Positions 57,465 through 64,000 of a DNA stretch of 64,000 nucleotides are shown here, piece by piece. This DNA comes from Pirellulales bacterium. GTDB lineage: Bacteria; Planctomycetota; Planctomycetia; Pirellulales; UBA1268. A program made the translations under genes and the position numbers. Every line of letters starts with the position of its first letter. Within the stretch, counting starts at the first letter, position 1. The notes under the pieces are model-generated. The model saw only the letters and a program-made list of their open reading frames with translations, was not told the DNA's origin and searched no databases. Location: contig JBIIDT010000004.1 of assembly GCA_044238145.1 (NCBI GenBank), positions 2,317 to 66,316 on the forward strand. The letters run 5' to 3'.

Positions 57465-57470
57465 TATAAT
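57465..57470 (+). promoter_or_regulatory. Perfect TATAAT hexamer 10 nt upstream of the 57481 ATG
   Basis: ACACTATAATCCCGTTCGCCATG lies inside a 27-nt divergent spacer. I found no convincing -35 element. Pattern only. Confidence 0.25.
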
Positions 57471-57480
57471 CCCGTTCGCC

Positions 57481-60400
57481 ATGAACGTGCATGCCATCCG
57501 ACGCGTCGCCGCCGAGATGCGGCTGGCCGCCGCGTGCGCCCTGCTCCTCGCACACGCCGCGACGGCCGACGAACCGCGGGCCCGCAAGGCGGCCGTGGAG
57601 GCCACCGGCCTGGAGCCCGCGGCGGCCGCCGCGGCGATGACGCTGCCGCCGGGGTTCGCGGTGAAACTGCTCGCCGCCGAGCCCGACGTGCGGCAGCCGA
57701 TCGCCATGGCCTTCGACGACCGGGGCCGGCTGTGGGTGGCCGAGGCCTATTCCTATCCCAACCGCGTCCCGGACGCCGAGGCCCGGGATCGGATCCTGAT
57801 CTTCGCGGACACCGACGGCGACCACGTGCTCGACTCGCGGAAGGTGTTCGCGGAGCGGCTCAACCTCGTCAGCGGACTGGAGGTGGGCTTCGGCGGCGTG
57901 TTCGTCGGGGCGGCTCCCCAGCTGCTGTTCATTCCCGATCGCGACGGCGACGACCGGCCGGACGGCGAACCCGAGGTGCTGCTCGACGGCTGGGGATTCG
58001 AGGACACCCACGAAACGCTCAACTCGTTCATCTGGGGCCCCGACGGCTGGCTCTACGGCTGTCACGGCGTGTTCACCAACTCCCGCGTCGGCAAGTCCGG
58101 CGCGGCCGATGCCGAGCGGGTGCCGCTCAATGCGGCCATCTGGCGGTTTCATCCGGTGCGTCGCGAGTTCGAGGTGTTCACCGAGGGCACGAGCAACCCC
58201 TGGGGACTGGACTTCGACGACCACGGCGAGGCGTTTCACACCGCCTGCGTGATCCCGCACCTCTATCACGACATTCCGGGGGCGCGGTACCAGCGGCAGG
58301 CGGGCGCGCACTTCAACCCGTTCACCTACGACGACATCAAGACCATCGCCCGGCACCGGCATTGGGTCGGCGAGCAGTGGCGGGCGGCGGAGATGTTCGC
58401 GTCGGACGCCAGCGGCGGCGGCCATGCCCACTCGGGCGCCATGATCTACCTCGGCGGCGCCTGGCCCGAGCGCTGGCGCGGTCGGCTGTTCATGAACAAC
58501 ATCCACGGCAACCGGCTCAACGTGGACCGGCTCACGCCCGCCGGCTCGGGATTCGTGGGCGACGGCGACCCCGACTTCCTGTTCGCCAACGACGCCTGGT
58601 CGCAGTTCATCTCGCTGCAGTACGGCCCCGACGGGCAGGTCGTGCTCCTCGACTGGTACGACGCGGTCCAGTGCCACCAGCAGCGGGACGCCGTCGACCG
58701 CGGCAACGGCCGGATCTTCAAGGTGCTGCACGTCGGGGCAGGGGAGCCGCCCGCGCCTGTGAACGTCGCCCTGGCCGGGAAGACCGACGCCGAGCTCGTG
58801 GCCCTCCTCGGCCACCGCAACGACTGGTTCGTCCGCCACGCCCGCCGGCTCCTCCAGGAGCGGGCCGCCGCGGGCCGGCTCGCGGCCGACACGGCGGCGG
58901 GGATCCGCGCACGGCTCGACGCCGCAGCGGACGCGGCCGCCAAGCTGCGGGCCCTGTGGGCGTTGCACGCGGTGGGCGCGACGGATGCGGAACTCCTCGA
59001 CGAGATGCTCGCGGACCCCGCGCCGGCCGTCCGCGTCTGGGCCGTGCGTCTGGCCGCGGAACGACGGGACGTGTCGCCGCGGATGGCGGGGCGGTTCGCG
59101 GAACTCGCCGCCTCGGACCCGTCGCCCGTCGTCCGGCTGGCGGTCGCCGCGGCGCTGCAACGGATGCCGCTGGCCGCCCGCTGGCCGATCGCCGCCGCGC
59201 TCCTCGGCCACGCGGAAGACGCCAGCGACCACAACCTGCCGCTGATGGAGTGGTACGCGGTCGAGCCGCTCGTGCCGCTCGACCCGGCGCGGGCGATCGA
59301 ACTCGGGGCCGCCGGCCGGATTCCGCTCGTGTCGCGGTTCATCGTGCGGCGGGCGGCGGCGGCCGACGCCTGGGAGCCGCTCGTGGCCCGGCTCGCCGCG
59401 GCCGACGATGCGACGCGGGCGTGGATGCTCGCAGAGATCCTCGCGGCGCTGGCGGCCCGGGGCCCGATCGCGCAGCCGGCGGGCTGGAGCGACGTCGCCG
59501 CGTCGCTGCGGCGCAGCGACAGCGCGGCGGTCCGCCAGCGGACCGATCTTCTCGCGCTGCGGTTCGGCGATGCGTCCGCCGCGGCCGGCCTGCGGGCCGT
59601 CCTCGCCGACCGCCAGGCCGACACGGCGGGCCGCCTCGAGGCGTTGGGGGGGCTCGTAGCCGCCAAGGACGCGGCGACGGCCGACGCGCTCTGCGGGCTC
59701 GTGGCCGATCCGGCCGTGTGCGCCGCCGTTCTCAAGGCGATGGCGGCCCTGCCCACGGCGGCGACGGCCGAGGCGATCGTCGCCGCCTATCCGTCGCTGC
59801 CAGCGGCCACGAAGCCTGCGGCGATCGGCGCGCTGGTCGCCCGGCCCGCCTGGTCGCTGGCCCTGCTCGACGCGATCGCGGCCGGCCGCGTGCCGCGGAA
59901 CGACCTCTCCACGTTCACGGTCGGTCGGCTCGCCGAGTCGGGCGATGCCCGCGTGGTCGAGAAGCTCGCCGCGGTCTGGGGCACGATTCGGCCGCGATCC
60001 GCCGACGTGCAGGCCGAGATCCAGCGGTGGAAGAAGCAACTCGTCCCCCAGGTGCTCGCCGGGGCGAACCTGCCCCGCGGGCGGCAGGTCTACGTGCGGA
60101 CCTGCGGCGGCTGCCACGTGCTCCACGGCGAAGGGGGTCGCGTCGGGCCCGAGCTCACCGGCTCGAACCGTGCCGATCTCGACTACTTGTTCGGAAATCT
60201 CGTCGACCCGAGCGCGGTCGTGGGCCGCGACTACCAGATGACGACCGTGGTCACGACCGACGGGCGTGCGATCGCGGGGATCGTGGTCGCGGAGACGGGC
60301 GAGAGCCTGTCGCTGCGGACGCCGACCGAGGAGATCACGCTCCCGAAGGCGGAGATCGAGGAGCGGGTGCTGTCGGAGAAGTCGCTGATGCCGGAGAACC

Positions 60401-60507
60401 AGCTGGGCCAGCTCCCGTTCGAGGAGGCCCGCGACCTCGTCGCCTACCTGCGGCACCCGACGCCGGTGCCCCTTCCCGAGCCGGCGGCGGGCCAGCGTGG
60501 ACCATGA
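57481..60507 (+). CDS. PVC-type heme-binding CxxCH protein (membrane-bound-dehydrogenase-like beta-propeller, HEAT repeats, C-terminal cytochrome c)
   Basis: In-frame ATG at 57481 within track ORF 56752..60507. Signal peptide. LPPGFAVKLLAAEPDVRQPIAMAFDDRGRLWVAE, NSFIWGPDGWLYGCHG, SNPWGLDFDDHGE. HEAT-like repeats (PAVRVWAVRLAAE, PVVRLAVAAALQRM). C-terminal CGGCH with LMPENQL. Confidence 0.8.
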   Translation: MNVHAIRRVAAEMRLAAACALLLAHAATADEPRARKAAVEATGLEPAAAAAAMTLPPGFAVKLLAAEPDVRQPIAMAFDDRGRLWVAEAYSYPNRVPDAEARDRILIFADTDGDHVLDSRKVFAERLNLVSGLEVGFGGVFVGAAPQLLFIPDRDGDDRPDGEPEVLLDGWGFEDTHETLNSFIWGPDGWLYGCHGVFTNSRVGKSGAADAERVPLNAAIWRFHPVRREFEVFTEGTSNPWGLDFDDHGEAFHTACVIPHLYHDIPGARYQRQAGAHFNPFTYDDIKTIARHRHWVGEQWRAAEMFASDASGGGHAHSGAMIYLGGAWPERWRGRLFMNNIHGNRLNVDRLTPAGSGFVGDGDPDFLFANDAWSQFISLQYGPDGQVVLLDWYDAVQCHQQRDAVDRGNGRIFKVLHVGAGEPPAPVNVALAGKTDAELVALLGHRNDWFVRHARRLLQERAAAGRLAADTAAGIRARLDAAADAAAKLRALWALHAVGATDAELLDEMLADPAPAVRVWAVRLAAERRDVSPRMAGRFAELAASDPSPVVRLAVAAALQRMPLAARWPIAAALLGHAEDASDHNLPLMEWYAVEPLVPLDPARAIELGAAGRIPLVSRFIVRRAAAADAWEPLVARLAAADDATRAWMLAEILAALAARGPIAQPAGWSDVAASLRRSDSAAVRQRTDLLALRFGDASAAAGLRAVLADRQADTAGRLEALGGLVAAKDAATADALCGLVADPAVCAAVLKAMAALPTAATAEAIVAAYPSLPAATKPAAIGALVARPAWSLALLDAIAAGRVPRNDLSTFTVGRLAESGDARVVEKLAAVWGTIRPRSADVQAEIQRWKKQLVPQVLAGANLPRGRQVYVRTCGGCHVLHGEGGRVGPELTGSNRADLDYLFGNLVDPSAVVGRDYQMTTVVTTDGRAIAGIVVAETGESLSLRTPTEEITLPKAEIEERVLSEKSLMPENQLGQLPFEEARDLVAYLRHPTPVPLPEPAAGQRGP

Positions 60508-61322
60508 CACGCTACCTCGCCATCTTCGGCACGTTCGCCCGGGCCTGCCTGGTCCGCGACATGACCTTCCGGGCCAACTTCGTCCTCGAGTGCCTGACGA
60601 GCCTTGGCTGGATGTCGATGAACCTCGCCTTCTACCTGCTGATCTTCCGGTTCACCACCGAGATCGGCGCGGGCACCGGCTGGTCCCGGGAGCCGTTCTT
60701 CGCCTTCGTGGCCACGGGGCTGATCATCAACTCCATCGTGCAGGCCCTGTTCATGCCGAGTGCCGAGGAGCTCACCGAGATGGTCCGCACCGGCGGGCTC
60801 GACGCCGTGCTCGTGCAGCCGCTGGACGCCCAGTTCCTGCTGTCCATGCACCGCGTCGACTTCTCGGCGTTCGCCAACGGGATTGTGGGGCTGGGGCTCC
60901 TGGCCTGGGCCGTGCCGCGCATGGAGCACGCCCCGCCACCGGTCGCCTGGGCGGTCTACCCGCTGCTGGTGCTCTGCGGGGTGGCGATCCTTTACAGTCT
61001 CGTGATCATGCTCGCCGCCGCCACGATCCTCATGGGCCGCAACCAGAGCCTCTACGACTTCTGGTTCTACCTCACGAACTTCTCCCGCTATCCGGCCGAG
61101 ATCTACGCCGGGCCCTGGGGCGGGCCGCTGCGGACGGTGTGCACGTTCGTGATCCCGATCCTGCTCGTGGTCAACGTGCCCGCGGGCGTCCTCGCCCGGC
61201 CGCTCACGGGTGCGGCCTGGTGGCCCGTCGCCGGCGCCGTCGCGGCGGCCCTCGCCACGCTGGTGCTCTCCCGGCTCGTATTCCAACGCGCCCTCGCCAC
61301 CTACCGCAGCGCTTCGAGTTGA
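60504..61322 (+). CDS. ABC-2 family transporter permease (component 2)
   Basis: ATGA overlap with the stop of the preceding heme-protein gene. LVRDMTFRANFVLECLTSLGWMSMNLAFYLLIF shows the same YR/FR-[GA]-[DN]-F-[IV]-L N-terminal motif as the 55821 permease. 6 hydrophobic segments. Confidence 0.75.
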   Translation: MTRYLAIFGTFARACLVRDMTFRANFVLECLTSLGWMSMNLAFYLLIFRFTTEIGAGTGWSREPFFAFVATGLIINSIVQALFMPSAEELTEMVRTGGLDAVLVQPLDAQFLLSMHRVDFSAFANGIVGLGLLAWAVPRMEHAPPPVAWAVYPLLVLCGVAILYSLVIMLAAATILMGRNQSLYDFWFYLTNFSRYPAEIYAGPWGGPLRTVCTFVIPILLVVNVPAGVLARPLTGAAWWPVAGAVAAALATLVLSRLVFQRALATYRSASS

Positions 61323-61358
61323 AACCATGGCGTTATCCGGGCTTTGCTTAGGTCGGTG

Positions 61359-61484
61359 GTACCCCCACCATGCCTCCGGACGTTCACTTCAGCCCTCCGG
61401 GCTTCCGTTCACTGCATGTCCGCGGCGCTCCGGCATCCATGCCTCCGCTTGCTTCCATAGCCCGGCGACATGGTAGGGGCACCC
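61359..61484. repeat. Family-1 intergenic hairpin repeat upstream of the YeiH-like gene
   Basis: GGTACCCCCACCATGCCTCCGG (61359-61380) pairs with 61462-61484 at 18 of 22 positions. The interior matches the reverse complement of 5427-5508. Confidence 0.6.
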
Positions 61485-61558
61485 CCTCCCGCCCCCTCAC
61501 TTCCACGCATCCTCACGCCGATCCCCTCGCCTACCCTGTTTTCAGGGGCAAGCCTCCC

Positions 61559-62929
61559 GTGCGTCGAACTCTCCACGAAGACACCGCGGCGACCGTGATC
61601 GGGCTGGCGATCGTGGCGCTTGCATTGTCTGTGACCTGGACGGCGCGGCCGGTGAACGAGCCGGCGAGCCGCGTGGTTCACCCCAAGGGCTGGCCCACGC
61701 CGCTGGCCGCGACGATCGACAAGCCGCAGACCTGGGCCGACTCCCCGCTGGAAGCGCTGCAGGACAAGAAGGGGCGGAGCGTGGCCCCGGCGGTGCTCAT
61801 GGGCATGGGCTGGGTGATGGCCGTGACGCTCGCCGGCGCGGCGCTCGTGGGACAGCCGGTGCTCCGCGGCCTGCCGGCCGCGGCCACGGTGGCGGCCCTC
61901 GCCTGCGGGGCGTGGATGCTCTCGGCCCAGAAGGTGATCCACTACTACAACCTGGAATATCCGCTCTGGGCCCTCGCGATCGGCCTGCTCGTGGGCAACG
62001 CGGTGGGCGTGCCCCGGTGGCTCGGCCGGTCGCTGGCCGGCGAGTTTCTCATCAAGACGGGGCTCGTCATCTTCGGCGCCGAGGTGCTCTTCAGCCGACT
62101 GCTCGAACTCGGCCTGCCGGGCGTGATGACCTCGTGGCTGGTGACGCCGGTCGTGCTCGTCGTCACCTACTGGGCCGGGGTGCACCTGCTGAAGATCCCC
62201 TCGCGGTCGCTGTGCATGGTGGTCTCGGCCGACATGTCCGTGTGCGGGGTCTCGGCGGCGATCGCCACCGGCGCGGCGTGCCGGGCGAAGAAGGAGGAGC
62301 TCTCGCTCGCGATCGGCCTGTCGCTGTTCTTCACCGTGCTGATGATGGTCGCCATGCCGCCGGCGATCCGCTGGCTGGGACTCGACCCGATCGTGGGCGG
62401 CGCCTGGCTCGGCGGCACGATCGACGCCACCGGGGCCGTGGTGGCGGCCGGCGAGGCGCTCGGCAAGGAGGCGGGGGAGGTGGCCGCCACGGTGAAGATG
62501 ATCCAGAACTCGATGATCGGGGTGATCGCGTTCGCCGTCGCCGTCTACTGGGCCGGCTGGGTCGAGCGGGATGCCGGTGGCCCGCGGACGTCGCTCGTCG
62601 CCGAGGCGTGGCGGCGGTTTCCGAAGTTCATTCTCGGCTTCCTGGCGGCGTCGATCGCCTGCTCCTGGCTCTTCACCAGTTCGCCCGCGGCCGCCCTCTG
62701 GGTCGACGGCACGATCACCGGCTTCACCGCACGGCTGCGGGGCTGGCTGTTTTGCGCGGGCTTCGTCTGCATGGGACTGCAGACGAACTTTCGCGAGCTG
62801 GCCCCGGTGATCGCCAGCGGGCGGCCGCTCGTGCTGTACGTCGGCGGCCAGCTGCTCAACCTCGCCCTCACGCTCGCCATGGCGAGCCTGACGTTCGGCT
62901 GGATGTTCCGTAAGGTGGTGGAGCCATGA
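61559..62929 (+). CDS. YeiH/UPF0324-family putative sulfate-exporter-type membrane protein
   Basis: FLIKTGLVIFGAEV, MSVCGVSAAIATGAA, GGAWLGGTIDATGAVVAAGE. About 10 TM segments. Track ORF 61370 starts inside the repeat element, so I prefer the in-frame GTG at 61559. The start is uncertain. Confidence 0.75.
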   Translation: MRRTLHEDTAATVIGLAIVALALSVTWTARPVNEPASRVVHPKGWPTPLAATIDKPQTWADSPLEALQDKKGRSVAPAVLMGMGWVMAVTLAGAALVGQPVLRGLPAAATVAALACGAWMLSAQKVIHYYNLEYPLWALAIGLLVGNAVGVPRWLGRSLAGEFLIKTGLVIFGAEVLFSRLLELGLPGVMTSWLVTPVVLVVTYWAGVHLLKIPSRSLCMVVSADMSVCGVSAAIATGAACRAKKEELSLAIGLSLFFTVLMMVAMPPAIRWLGLDPIVGGAWLGGTIDATGAVVAAGEALGKEAGEVAATVKMIQNSMIGVIAFAVAVYWAGWVERDAGGPRTSLVAEAWRRFPKFILGFLAASIACSWLFTSSPAAALWVDGTITGFTARLRGWLFCAGFVCMGLQTNFRELAPVIASGRPLVLYVGGQLLNLALTLAMASLTFGWMFRKVVEP

Positions 62930-63156
62930 TGGGCTGGAAGGCGTCGCCGTATCGACGGGCGCTCGCCGCCGCCGCGCTGCTGGCCGCGGTGTGGGGCGGG
63001 CTGCTGCCGGCGGTGCTGCGGTGCGGGCCGATCGCCCGGCACGTGGCCCGCATGGAGTCCGCCGGCGTCAACCCGGCCGCGATGTACTACACCGAACTCG
63101 AACGCCTGCCCGTGAGGCCGGAGTGGATCGATGACCGGCTCGTCCGCTGGCCGTAG
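62926..63156 (+). CDS. Small hypothetical membrane protein, translationally coupled to the YeiH-like gene
   Basis: ATGA overlap with the upstream stop. One hydrophobic segment (ALAAAALLAAVWGGLLPAVL). 76 aa. No known motif. Confidence 0.35.
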   Translation: MMGWKASPYRRALAAAALLAAVWGGLLPAVLRCGPIARHVARMESAGVNPAAMYYTELERLPVRPEWIDDRLVRWP

Positions 63157-63215
63157 CCGCGGCGCGGGCACGAGCATAGACTCGTCGCGAGTTCCGCGTC
63201 CCGCCGGTGCCGACC

Positions 63216-64000
63216 ATGCCCCTCCGCCTCGCCTTCAGTTCCAACGCCTACCTCGACGTGCCCGTCGAGGAGGCGATCGCCCGGATCGCGGGCTTCGGCT
63301 ATCAGGGCATCGAACTGCTCGCCGACGTGCCGCACGCCTGGCCGGCGGGGCTGCTGCCGGTGCAGAAGCGGGCGATCCGCGGCGCCCTGGAGCGGGCCGG
63401 GATCGCGATCTCGAACATCAACGCCTTCATGATGAACGCGATCGCCGACCCGCGGCAGCCCTACTGGCACCCGGGCTGGACCGATCCCGACCCGCACTAT
63501 CGGGCCATCCGCCGGGAGCACACCAAGCGGGCCCTGCGCTTGGCCGCCGAACTCGGGGCGCCGTCGATCTCGACCGAGCCGGGGGGCGAACTGCAGCCCG
63601 GCCAGACCCGGGAGCAGGCGACGGCGATCTTCTACGACGAGATCATGCCCGTGCTCGACGTGGCCGCCGAGGTGGGCGTGACGCTGCTCGTCGAGCCCGA
63701 GCCGGGCCTGCTCATCGAGAAGTTTGGCCAGTATCTCGAGTTCGCGGAGCGGGTGAACCACCCGGCCCTGGGCCTCAACTTCGACATCGGCCACGCCTAC
63801 TGCGTCGGCGAGGATCCGGCCGAGTGGGTGCCGCGGATGCAGGCCCACACGCGGCACTACCACTTCGAGGACATCGCGGCCACGCGGGTTCACCACCACC
63901 TCGTCCCCGGTGAGGGGGCGATCGACTTCACGGCCACCTTCCGGGCCATCGCCGCCTGCACGCCCGACCTGTGGGTCACGGTGGAGCTGTACCCGTATCG
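63216..64000 (+). CDS. Sugar phosphate isomerase/epimerase (xylose-isomerase-like TIM barrel); 3' end outside window
   Basis: Not in the ORF track because no stop occurs in the window. My translation from the ATG at 63216 is open to nt 64000: MPLRLAFSSNAYLDVPVEEAIARIAGFGYQGIELLADVPH...LLVEPEPG...LGLNFDIGHAY...HYHFEDI...HHHLVPGEGAIDF, the typical pattern of this family. Confidence 0.75.
   Translation, partial: MPLRLAFSSNAYLDVPVEEAIARIAGFGYQGIELLADVPHAWPAGLLPVQKRAIRGALERAGIAISNINAFMMNAIADPRQPYWHPGWTDPDPHYRAIRREHTKRALRLAAELGAPSISTEPGGELQPGQTREQATAIFYDEIMPVLDVAAEVGVTLLVEPEPGLLIEKFGQYLEFAERVNHPALGLNFDIGHAYCVGEDPAEWVPRMQAHTRHYHFEDIAATRVHHHLVPGEGAIDFTATFRAIAACTPDLWVTVELYPY

Overview
Very GC-rich (about 70 percent by eye, not computed) bacterial chromosomal segment. 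Several family signatures point to Planctomycetota, and I cannot place it more finely: a DUF1559/HX9DG pseudopilin, a BBP7-like outer-membrane barrel, a PVC-type CxxCH heme-binding protein, DUF11+FG-GAP surface proteins, RRR..LESRxM[LM]A N-terminal leaders, and a Rieske plus cytochrome b-diheme c fusion. I call 50 protein-coding genes (2 cut by the window edges), 1 toxin-gene fragment, 7 loci belonging to two intergenic hairpin-repeat families, and a few weak terminator/promoter candidates. Housekeeping genes: hisD-hisC-hisB, PPi-type PFK, accB-accC, nnrD, ppx, ribF, nrnA, Rieske/cyt b, gdh, mgtE, thiC, cysS, ispF. Accessory blocks: (i) a brnT/brnA toxin-antitoxin islet next to a mazF remnant; (ii) the four-gene ligase-associated DNA-damage-response set split into two halves (pdeM-lhr at 12.9-16.2 kb, exonuclease-ligase at 31.8-35.7 kb); (iii) between those halves, a cell-envelope block with paralogous DUF11/FG-GAP proteins, a Wzm/Wzt exporter, two GT2 transferases, a DUF1559 pseudopilin, lnt translationally coupled to a Wzy_C/TPR ligase-like protein, and a BBP7-like barrel; (iv) a membrane-anchored pseudokinase; (v) an ABC-2 transporter operon interrupted by a sulfotransferase and a PVC-type heme-binding protein. 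No rRNA, tRNA, CRISPR array, transposase, integrase or phage gene was recognised. Most long track ORFs lying antisense to or out of frame with these genes are Arg/Pro/Gly/Ala-rich shadow ORFs typical of high-GC DNA, and I rejected them. All product calls rest on motifs I could read in the translations. No database search was run.
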